Shown in pieces: positions 23,620 through 31,242 of a stretch of DNA of 41,061 nucleotides. The stretch comes from Candidatus Iainarchaeum sp. (GTDB lineage Archaea; Iainarchaeota; Iainarchaeia; Iainarchaeales; Iainarchaeaceae): the NCBI GenBank assembly GCA_038895675.1, contig JAWANB010000002.1:1-41061 (forward strand), read 5' to 3'. The first letter of the stretch is position 1. The number at the start of each line of letters is the position of its first letter. The notes below the pieces were generated by a model that searched no databases, had not been told where the DNA came from, and was given only the letters and a program-made list of their open reading frames with translations. Made by a program: the position numbers and the translations under genes.

Positions 23620-24276
23620 ATGATTAGCGAGCGTTTTTTTAGGCTTGTTTTGTTGAGTTGTATTTACCTTGCTTTTGTTGTGATGTTTGCTTATCTTTTT
23701 TTGTTTAACGCTGCTTTTGAGATAGTTGAGGAGTATGATAGTTTTTCTGGTGAGAAGCAGTTTTTTTTGAAGAACAATACTAATAGGCTTATTAATAATG
23801 TTTCTTTGACTTTTTTGGACGCGCGTCTTGGTAGGGAGTTAAAGTCCGAGGTTGTTTCTTTGGGTCCTAAGGATAAGCTTAGGCTTGATTTGAGTGGTTT
23901 TTCCGCTACTGAAATTAGGATCGTTGCTTATGCTGATTTTTATGCTAAGGTTGAGAAGTCTGTTTTCAGGGTTGTTGAAAGGCCTTACATTAGGACTGAT
24001 TTTCCCAAGTCTGTTTTTTTTGGTCAAAGGTTTACTTTTATGTTAGAGTATTGTAATACTGCTAATTATGAGTTGCCTGTTAAAATTGAAGAGTCTCATG
24101 ATCGAATTTTTTTTCTTGAGCGTAATGAGGTAAAGTCTTTAGTTTTGAAGCCTGGGGAGTGTAAAGAGTTTAATTTTAGTTTTTTACCTGCCTTTAGGGG
24201 TCAAACCAAAATATATTTTAATGTGCAGACTCCTTTAGGTATCGAGAGGCTTGAGGAAAGTGTGAGGGTTGAGTGA
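23620..24276 (+). CDS. Hypothetical N-terminally anchored beta-rich (Ig-like?) protein
   Basis: N-terminal TM segment (LVLLSCIYLAFVVMFAYLFLF) followed by two beta-rich modules. It starts 2 nt after the GTPase gene. Confidence 0.45.
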   Translation: MISERFFRLVLLSCIYLAFVVMFAYLFLFNAAFEIVEEYDSFSGEKQFFLKNNTNRLINNVSLTFLDARLGRELKSEVVSLGPKDKLRLDLSGFSATEIRIVAYADFYAKVEKSVFRVVERPYIRTDFPKSVFFGQRFTFMLEYCNTANYELPVKIEESHDRIFFLERNEVKSLVLKPGECKEFNFSFLPAFRGQTKIYFNVQTPLGIERLEESVRVE

Positions 24277-24929
24277 TGCCGAAGTCTGAAGCGAGTATTA
24301 TTGAGATTATTGAAAAAATGGTCAAGGATGGAGAGCCTGAGGAGAAAATTTTGAAGTCTTTGGTAGAGTTAGGTGTTGAGCCTGAAAAGGCAAAGAGGCT
24401 TTTGTTGTTGGGTCAGGCTGATACTTTTGCTTTGTTGCGTAGGGAAATTAAATCGATTGTTGAGCAGGAAATAGAGGCTCAAAAGCCTGTTTTGAAAAAG
24501 TTTATTGAGGAGCAGACTATCGAGGCTGCTTATCGTTCTCGTCAAGAGTTGACAAAGGCTGTCATTACTGATTTGAAGGATTATGAGAGAGATGTCACTG
24601 GCCATAATAAGAAGTTCGAGGATCAAGTTAATCAAAATATAAAGTATGTTGTTGAGGTAGCCGATAAGACTAAAGAAAAGTTGAATGAAATGGGTGAAGT
24701 TGTGAGTCAGATTCAAACTGACATGGATGAGATCAGGGTTAAAGGTGTTGGAGGTAGGAATAGGTTAATTGCTACTATTTTGTGGGTGCTTGGTATTTTA
24801 TTTGGTCTTGTTGCTCTTTATTTGATAATAATTAATCTTGATAAAGAAGTTTCTATTGATAGGATTATTCTTTCTGTTAGTCTTGCTTTGATTTCTGTTA
24901 CTATGCTTTTTGCGGCTACTTGGGCGTGA
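24276..24929 (+). CDS. Hypothetical coiled-coil protein with a C-terminal double TM anchor
   Basis: The ATG overlaps the upstream stop (TGATG). A helical N-terminal part is followed by LIATILWVLGILFGLVALYLIII and ILSVSLALISVTMLFAA. Confidence 0.45.
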   Translation: MPKSEASIIEIIEKMVKDGEPEEKILKSLVELGVEPEKAKRLLLLGQADTFALLRREIKSIVEQEIEAQKPVLKKFIEEQTIEAAYRSRQELTKAVITDLKDYERDVTGHNKKFEDQVNQNIKYVVEVADKTKEKLNEMGEVVSQIQTDMDEIRVKGVGGRNRLIATILWVLGILFGLVALYLIIINLDKEVSIDRIILSVSLALISVTMLFAATWA

Positions 24930-25132
24930 TTTTTTTTGTCGTTGTTTTTTTAGGTCGTTATTTTTTTTTGTCGGTTTGATTTTTTTCATAAATTGTTTAG
25001 TTGGTTGCTTTCGTGGTATTTGTTTTAGAGTATTGGTTTGGTTTTTTAATTATGTTTTTGAATTTGTTGTTTTTTTGCAGTGGAATTTTCCTTTAGTTTG
25101 GTTTATTAATCGTTTTTTCTCTTTACCTTTTT

Positions 25133-26224
25133 ATGGATATTTCAAGTGTTATTGATAGGGCAGTTTCTGAAATAAATGATTTTGAGGCGAGGCAAAAACT
25201 TGTTTTTGGAAAACTTTTTTCTTTGCGTTCTCTTGATTTTTCTTCTGTTGGTTTTCCAGAGAATAAACTTGTTTTTCCTGTTTCAAAGTGGGTTGCTAAT
25301 GGTTGTGTTGTTGGTGTTGATTCTGGTTTTGTTTCAAGGCGTTTTTCTTCTATTGACGTTGTTTTAGTTAGGGCTATTGCTAGTGTTTTTGGTTATAGTA
25401 ATGGTAAGCTTTCTTTTTCTTATTATTACCCTGGTTTTTTTACTTTTCCTGTTCCTTTTTTTAGTGGTTCTTATTTAGAGGATTTTGAGTTTGATCAGAG
25501 TAAGAGTCTTGTTAGGTTGCGTGAAGAGGTCCGTGTTGCTAAAGAAGTTATTTTGAATTATTCTCCTAAGTATTTGTTTATTGATGGTAGCATTGTTCCT
25601 CAGTATCGTGATAAGCCTCGTAAGGGTTCTGTTTTAGAGGGTGGTTATTCTTCTATAATTAATGAGTTTGAGTCTTTGTATTCTTTGGCTTTTTCTAATG
25701 GCACTACTTTGATTGCTACTGTTGAGGATAGTAGAGGTAAAAGGTTTTGTGAATTTTTGGGGTCTGATATTATTCCTTATTTTTTGAGTGATTTTAATGA
25801 TGATTTGAGTAATGTTTTTGATACTCAATTGCTTGATGTTTTGTTGAAGGTTGGTGAGCGAAGTTGTGCTTTTACTTATGCCAAGGATATTTCTCAACAT
25901 CCTATTTTGCAGGATTTTTCTTCTAGTTGGGCTGATAAAATTTATTGTTTGTATTTAAAGCCTTCTGTGTTGGATAGGCCTTTGAGAGTCGAGTTTTTAG
26001 TTGGTGTTGATAATAATGTTAGTAGTGTTGCAAACGAAGTTGCTTCTGTTGTTTTTGCTTTGAGTTCTTTGCATAGGGAGTATGCTTATCCTTCTGTTTT
26101 GATTGATGCTGATTTGCATGCTCGTCTTTCTCCTCAAGAAATAGAGTTGGTTTTTAATAAGATTTTTGATAAACTTGGAGGTTCTTCTCGTTTGAGGTTG
26201 CGTCGGGAGAATAGGCCTTTTTGA
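25133..26224 (+). CDS. nurA: NurA 5'-3' nuclease
   Basis: NurA-like acidic motifs (VVGVDSGFV and LFIDGSIVPQ), appropriate size, and a position immediately upstream of herA. Confidence 0.7.
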   Translation: MDISSVIDRAVSEINDFEARQKLVFGKLFSLRSLDFSSVGFPENKLVFPVSKWVANGCVVGVDSGFVSRRFSSIDVVLVRAIASVFGYSNGKLSFSYYYPGFFTFPVPFFSGSYLEDFEFDQSKSLVRLREEVRVAKEVILNYSPKYLFIDGSIVPQYRDKPRKGSVLEGGYSSIINEFESLYSLAFSNGTTLIATVEDSRGKRFCEFLGSDIIPYFLSDFNDDLSNVFDTQLLDVLLKVGERSCAFTYAKDISQHPILQDFSSSWADKIYCLYLKPSVLDRPLRVEFLVGVDNNVSSVANEVASVVFALSSLHREYAYPSVLIDADLHARLSPQEIELVFNKIFDKLGGSSRLRLRRENRPF

Positions 26225-26241
26225 TTTTTTTGGTGTTTGTT

Positions 26242-26355
26242 ATGGTGTGTCCTTCTTGTGGTTCTAAGAAGATTAGAAAGGTTGTTGGTAAGGGTTTTCA
26301 GTTCGTGTGTTTGGATTGTGGTTATGTTGGGTTTATGGTTGAGGATTTGAGGTGA
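26242..26355 (+). CDS. Small zinc-ribbon protein (37 aa) between nurA and herA
   Basis: My own translation gives MVCPSCGSKKIRKVVGKGFQFVCLDCGYVGFMVEDLR, with two CxxC pairs. It is below the ORF-track size cut-off. Confidence 0.45.
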   Translation: MVCPSCGSKKIRKVVGKGFQFVCLDCGYVGFMVEDLR

Positions 26356-26367
26356 GGGTGTTTTTTT

Positions 26368-27906
26368 ATGGTTGGTGTTGAAATTGGTACTGTCATTTCC
26401 AGACCTAATAGTCCTTCTCCAAGCGTTGTTGATTTTGTTATTCATTCAGGCAAGTTGCATCGTGGTATGTTTGTTGAGTTAGATTATTCTGAGGGGACTT
26501 TGGTTTGTCTTGTCACTGATGTTTTTAAGACTAACCAGTATTTTGAGCGTTTTGATTCCGTTAAGGAGTTTGAGAGTTCTGGTTCTTTGTTGGTTGAGCA
26601 TTTTCCTGTTGGTGATTGGGAGTATTTTGTTGCGACTTCCAAGCCTTTGGGTGTTTTTAATAATGGTTTGTTAAAAAGACCTTCTTTTCCTCCGTCTCCT
26701 GGTTGTAAGGTTCGGTTGGCTGACAAGGATACTCTTGGTGTTTTTTTGGGTTTTGATTTTGATTCTGGGCTTTTTTTAGGTGAGGTTGATTATCATAATG
26801 TTCCTGTTAAGCTTAGTTTGTCTAGGCTTTTGCAGAAGCATTTGGCTGTGCTTGCTATGAGTGGTGCTGGTAAGTCTTATTTTGTTTCTGTTTTGCTTGA
26901 GGAGATTTTATCGAGGCCTGTTGAGAGTGGCAGGATCGGCGTTGTTGTTTTTGATGTTCATGGTGAGTATCGTTCTTTTGCTGATCCTGTTTCTAATAGT
27001 AATTTTGTGGATTTTTCAAGTAAGACTAGGTATGTTGATGCTTCGCATTTACGTATTGGTGTTTCTAAGGTTTCTCCTGGAATGTTTTCTGCTATTATTC
27101 CTGCTATGTCTTCTGCTCAGTATCGTGATTTGTCAAGAATTATTGAGTCTTTACGTTCTAAGATGAGGTCTGGTTTTGGTCCTTATTCTTTGAATGACTT
27201 AATTGCTGAAATTTTGTCTGATAAGGAGATGAAGGATAATACTAAGCAGGCTCTTGTTGGTTGGCTTTCTTCTCTTGAGCAATTAGGTGTTTTTGATGCT
27301 ATTGATAATCCTAATATTACAGAGCTTGTCAAGCCTGGTGTTCTCACTATTATTGACATGAGTTCTTTGATTGATTTGAGAAAGAAACAGATTTTGGTTG
27401 CGTATTTGTGTAAAAAGCTTTTTGATGAAAGAAGGCATAAAAAAGTCCCGCCTTTTAGTATTGTGCTTGAGGAAAGTCATCAGTTTGTTCCTGAAAAAGT
27501 TTCAAAGGATGGTGCTATTAGTAGGGGCATTATTGAGACTATTGCAAGAGAAGGTAGAAAGTTTGGTGCTTGTCTTTGCTTGGTTTCTCAGAGGCCTATC
27601 AATCTTTCTGCAACTATTTTGTCTCAGTGTAATACTAACATTATTTTGCGAATAACAAACCCTTATGATCTTGATCATATTGGTAGGACTAGTGAAGGTC
27701 TTGATTCGAGGAGTCTTGATATGATTACTTCTTTGCGTGTTGGAGAGGCTCTTATTGTTGGTGAGGCTGTTAATTTTCCTGTTTTTTTTAAGGTCAGGAA
27801 AAGGCGTTCTCAGGAATCTTCTCATGAAGTGTCTTTAGAGAAAGCTGCAAAGGATTTTGAAAGTTCTTTGACTGAAAAAACTAAAGATATTGAAAATTAT
27901 TTGTGA
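26368..27906 (+). CDS. herA: HerA hexameric DNA helicase/translocase
   Basis: HAS-barrel-like N-terminus, Walker A LAMSGAGKSY, Walker B-like IVLEESHQFVP, and CLVSQRP. Confidence 0.9.
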   Translation: MVGVEIGTVISRPNSPSPSVVDFVIHSGKLHRGMFVELDYSEGTLVCLVTDVFKTNQYFERFDSVKEFESSGSLLVEHFPVGDWEYFVATSKPLGVFNNGLLKRPSFPPSPGCKVRLADKDTLGVFLGFDFDSGLFLGEVDYHNVPVKLSLSRLLQKHLAVLAMSGAGKSYFVSVLLEEILSRPVESGRIGVVVFDVHGEYRSFADPVSNSNFVDFSSKTRYVDASHLRIGVSKVSPGMFSAIIPAMSSAQYRDLSRIIESLRSKMRSGFGPYSLNDLIAEILSDKEMKDNTKQALVGWLSSLEQLGVFDAIDNPNITELVKPGVLTIIDMSSLIDLRKKQILVAYLCKKLFDERRHKKVPPFSIVLEESHQFVPEKVSKDGAISRGIIETIAREGRKFGACLCLVSQRPINLSATILSQCNTNIILRITNPYDLDHIGRTSEGLDSRSLDMITSLRVGEALIVGEAVNFPVFFKVRKRRSQESSHEVSLEKAAKDFESSLTEKTKDIENYL

Positions 27907-28165
27907 ATTGTTAAAGTTTTTTCGTTGTAGTTTTTAATATTATTTTTGTTTGTTGTCTTTTTTCAAGTCGTTTTTTTATTGTTTTTTCAGTTTTATTTTT
28001 TTGTTTTTAGTTTTTTTAGTTTTTTTTATTTTTTTGATGTCGTGTTTTTTTGTAAAGTTTTTTGCTTGTTATTTTTTTGGTCTTTTTTTAGTGTGTTTTT
28101 TTTTCGTTAGTCGTTTTTTTTGTTGCATGTTTTGTTTTTTTTAATTTAATCTTATTATTTTTGTT

Positions 28166-28756
28166 ATGCCTTTTTTTGAGTCTTTAGAATCTTTGCTAAT
28201 TAATTTTGGTTATGTTGCTCTTTTTTTGATAGTTTTTGCTGAATCTGGTTTGTTTTTTGGTTTTTTTTTGCCTGGCGATTCTTTGCTTTTTACTGCTGGT
28301 TTGCTTGCGTCAAAGGGTTTTTTTGACTTGAACTTGATTTTGTTTGGCACTATTGTTTCTGCTATTTTAGGTGATCAAGTTGGTTATTGGATGGGTAAAA
28401 AGTTTGGTAGGGCTTTTTTTGTTAGACCTAATGATTTTTTTAGGGATCCTAAGCATGTTGTTCGTGCTGAAGAGTTTTATAGGAAGCATGGTAAGAAAGC
28501 TATTTTTTTGGCGCGTTTTTTTCCTGTTGTAAGGACTTTTGCTCCTATTGCTGCTGGTATAGGAAACATGTCTTATGTTGATTTTGTCAAGTATAATGTT
28601 TTAGGTGGTTTTGTTTGGTGTTGTGTTTTTATTTTGGGTGGTTATTTTGTTGGTTCTATTTTGCCTGATTCTGAGCAGTACTTTACTTTGATAATATTTG
28701 CTATTATTTTTGTTTCTTTGATTCCTGCTGTTAAAGAATTTTTGCTTAGAAAATGA
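28166..28756 (+). CDS. DedA-family membrane protein
   Basis: FAESGLFFGFFLPGDSLLFTAG, GYWMGKKFG and HGKKAIFLARFFPVVRTFAPIAAG. Confidence 0.85.
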   Translation: MPFFESLESLLINFGYVALFLIVFAESGLFFGFFLPGDSLLFTAGLLASKGFFDLNLILFGTIVSAILGDQVGYWMGKKFGRAFFVRPNDFFRDPKHVVRAEEFYRKHGKKAIFLARFFPVVRTFAPIAAGIGNMSYVDFVKYNVLGGFVWCCVFILGGYFVGSILPDSEQYFTLIIFAIIFVSLIPAVKEFLLRK

Positions 28757-28816
28757 GCTTGCACTGGCATTCTACTCTCTAACTTGGTTTTTTAATGTTG
28801 TTTTTGTGTTCTTTGC

Positions 28817-30130
28817 ATGTCTCCCGATACATTTGTTTTAAGTAGCTTAAAGTATGTTGAAAGTTCTAAGGGTGTTTTTGTTTATTTTTCAAGCTCTTCT
28901 ATTAATGATTTTGTCAAGTTTTTTTCTTTCAGACCTAAAATTTTGTTGCCTTTGTCTATTCCTTTTGATTTTTTAGTGTCTTTTTTTGGGAGTGAGAATG
29001 TCATGAAAAATCCTTATTCTTATTCTGTTTTTTTTGACGATTTGGCTTCTTTAAAAAGTGCTGTTAGGGTTTTGTCTTTGTCTTTTGGTATTAATATTAA
29101 TATAATTGAGCCTGAAAGGCAGTTTTTGATTTTAAATGGTTGGTCTTATCATGATGCTTTTGTTTTGAATGGCGATTCTTTTGAAAAAGTTTCTTCTTCT
29201 GCTTTCTTTTCTGTTGAAAGTATTTTATCTAATATTTGTAGGGTTCCTTCAAACGTTTGTGCTAATTTTTTTGTTGTTAAAAAAATTTTTGTTGAAAACT
29301 TGTTTTTTGGTTCTGATTTGTTTTTTGATGGTTCTTTTTTTGTTTCAAAAATTGATTTTGGTTTTAATAGCAACTTTGTTGAAATAGATTATTCTGCTTT
29401 TTTGGTTTTTCTTGCTTCTTTGCAAAATTTTTCTTTAGGTTCTTTTAATTGTTCTTGTTGTAAGCCAAATTCTTTGGAAGCTGACAATTTGTTAAAGTCT
29501 TCTCTTGTCAAGGCGCGTTTTTTGTCTGACGGGTTTTCTTTTTTTTCTGTTTCTTCTATTTGGGCTAAAAAGTTTTTGCAAAAGCCCTCTAAAAATTCTT
29601 TAGTTGGGCCTTTTTTCAGGAATAAGGATTATTTCCTTTTGGTTGGTGATGCGTTTTGTCTTTCTAAGAATGGTTTTGTGGAAATTGTTTCTAGTTCTTC
29701 TGTTTTTTGGAGTTGTAGGTCAAAAGTTTCTTTTTTTTCTTTTGAGGCTAAGAGACTTTTAGATTTGTTGTCTTGTTTTTCCTCTTCTATTCATGTTTCT
29801 TCTTCAAAGTCTAATGTTGTTGAGTGTTTGCAAGCAGAATCTAACGTGTTTGAGTATTCTTCTATTGTTAGTAATTTTTTGTCTTTAATGTCAAATTTTG
29901 TTTTTAGTGTTGGCAATGTTTGTTCTGTTGAGGCTATTCATTTTGAGTGCTTGTCTTATGAAATAGCTTGTGAATTGGCGTCTGTTTTTCCTAACAGGGT
30001 TTTTAGGTTTTTTCCTTTAAGTGCAAAGTTTGTTGTTAAGTCTTCTGATAATTTGTCTTTTGTTTTAAGTCGCTTGTCTTGTTCTTATAAAATTCCACGT
30101 GGTCTTTTAAAGGTTGATTTTAGGCGTTAG
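28817..30130 (+). CDS. Hypothetical protein; possible degenerate family-B DNA polymerase N-terminal/3'-5' exonuclease-like paralogue
   Basis: 437 aa, extremely F/S-rich. By eye it is collinear with the archaeal PolB N-terminus: YVESSKGVFVYF...FSFRPKILLPL against Y..E.GKPVIRLF...FRPYIYAL. IIEPERQFLILNGW aligns with DIPFAKRYLIDKG, AFFSVES with the ExoI motif AFDIET, and FGSDLFFD with the ExoII motif NGDSFDF. No palm motifs (DxxSLYPS, DTD) are visible. Confidence 0.4.
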   Translation: MSPDTFVLSSLKYVESSKGVFVYFSSSSINDFVKFFSFRPKILLPLSIPFDFLVSFFGSENVMKNPYSYSVFFDDLASLKSAVRVLSLSFGININIIEPERQFLILNGWSYHDAFVLNGDSFEKVSSSAFFSVESILSNICRVPSNVCANFFVVKKIFVENLFFGSDLFFDGSFFVSKIDFGFNSNFVEIDYSAFLVFLASLQNFSLGSFNCSCCKPNSLEADNLLKSSLVKARFLSDGFSFFSVSSIWAKKFLQKPSKNSLVGPFFRNKDYFLLVGDAFCLSKNGFVEIVSSSSVFWSCRSKVSFFSFEAKRLLDLLSCFSSSIHVSSSKSNVVECLQAESNVFEYSSIVSNFLSLMSNFVFSVGNVCSVEAIHFECLSYEIACELASVFPNRVFRFFPLSAKFVVKSSDNLSFVLSRLSCSYKIPRGLLKVDFRR

Positions 30131-30297
30131 TTTTTTTTGTTTCTTTTTTGTTTTTTAGTCTTTTAGCTTTTTTTTTGTTTAGTGTTTTTTTTAATATAAA
30201 AGCGGTTTTTTTTTGTGTTTTTGCTTATTCTATTCTATTTTTATTTTTTTGCTTGAAATAATTTGTTTTACATTAGTCTTTTTTTTTGGGTGGTTGC

Positions 30298-30504
30298 ATG
30301 CATAAATTGACAAGGTTTGAAATTGCAAGGCTTATTAGTGCAAGGGCTCTTCAGCTTTCTTTGGGAGCTCCGTCTTTGGTGAAGTATCATAAAAACGAGT
30401 CGGTTTATGATATTGCTAAGCACGAGTTTGAGAAAAAGGTTATTCCTTTGGCTGTTTTGCGTGAATATTCTGATGGTAGGGTGGAGAGAGTTGAGGTGAA
30501 GTAA
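30298..30504 (+). CDS. rpoK: DNA-directed RNA polymerase subunit Rpo6 (RpoK)
   Basis: LTRFEIARLISARALQLSLGAP ... D...IA..E.....IPL.V.R. Confidence 0.85.
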   Translation: MHKLTRFEIARLISARALQLSLGAPSLVKYHKNESVYDIAKHEFEKKVIPLAVLREYSDGRVERVEVK

Positions 30505-30692
30505 TGGGTAAGGCGGTTCCTAAAGACATAAAAAGAAAGGCGAATGATCTTTTTGCAGCTTATCCTGATAAGATTTCAACCGATTTTGAGGAAAACAAGG
30601 CTTTTCTTAATTCTCTTGGTATTCCTATGAGTAAAACAACGAGAAATTTGGTTGCTGGTTTTTTGGCAAGAAAAAAGGCAAGGTCTGAATAG
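30504..30692 (+). CDS. rps17e: 30S ribosomal protein S17e
   Basis: MGKAVPKDIKRKANDLFAAYPDKISTDFEENK ... SKTTRNLVAGFLAR matches the S17e pattern (…F..DF..NK…S.K.RN.IAGY). Confidence 0.85.
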   Translation: MGKAVPKDIKRKANDLFAAYPDKISTDFEENKAFLNSLGIPMSKTTRNLVAGFLARKKARSE

Positions 30693-30762
30693 GTTTGTTG
30701 TTTTTTGTTTTTTACTAACTTTTTTAAATTTTCTTGTAGAGGTATTTTAGGTAGGTTTTTTT

Positions 30763-30912
30763 ATGAAGACTTGCATTACTACGAACAAGGTTTTGGTTGA
30801 CGATTTTATAGAGTTCAAGTGTCCTTCTTGCGGCTCAAAAATTGTAAGGAGTCTTGATGCTCGTAAGCGAAGTTTGTCTTACAAGTGTTCTTGTGGTTTT
30901 GAGGGTCCTTAA
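30763..30912 (+). CDS. Small Zn-ribbon protein (49 aa) upstream of aEF-1beta
   Basis: My own translation gives MKTCITTNKVLVDDFIEFKCPSCGSKIVRSLDARKRSLSYKCSCGFEGP. Its position upstream of aEF-1beta matches the conserved archaeal Zn-ribbon translation-associated gene. Confidence 0.55.
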   Translation: MKTCITTNKVLVDDFIEFKCPSCGSKIVRSLDARKRSLSYKCSCGFEGP

Positions 30913-30924
30913 TAGTTGATTTTT

Positions 30925-31188
30925 ATGCCTAGTAAGACTTTGCTTATTGTTAGAATTAAGCCTGTTGAAATGGAGTTGTTAGATAGTATTGCCAAAAGTG
31001 TTGAGAATATCAAGTCTGGTTCTGTTAAGGATGTTAAGCGTTATCCTATTGGTTTTGGTGTTGAGCTTTTGAAAGTAGGTGTTCTTGTTGATTCTGAGGA
31101 TGAGTCTTTGCCAGACAAGGTAGTTAAAGAAATTTCTTCTATTGCTGGTGTTGAAGAGGCTGAAATTGAAGGTATGACTTTGTTGTAA
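30925..31188 (+). CDS. ef1b: Translation elongation factor aEF-1beta
   Basis: 88 aa with V.IKP.....L..I...V ... YPIGFGVELLKVGVLVDSED ... ISSIAGVEEAEI. Confidence 0.85.
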   Translation: MPSKTLLIVRIKPVEMELLDSIAKSVENIKSGSVKDVKRYPIGFGVELLKVGVLVDSEDESLPDKVVKEISSIAGVEEAEIEGMTLL

Positions 31189-31242
31189 TTAGATTTTTTT
31201 TAGTTGATATGTTTATTTTTTTGTCGTTGTTCTTTATTTCTT

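Noticed and set aside
27950-28144. A 64-aa F-rich ORF in the herA-dedA spacer, together with similar intergenic ORFs at 22674-22893, 24910-25155 and 34047-34382.
   Set aside because: The sequence is nearly homopolymeric T with scattered G or C. There is no start context, no motif and no amino-acid diversity. These are best explained as open frames in T-rich non-coding DNA.
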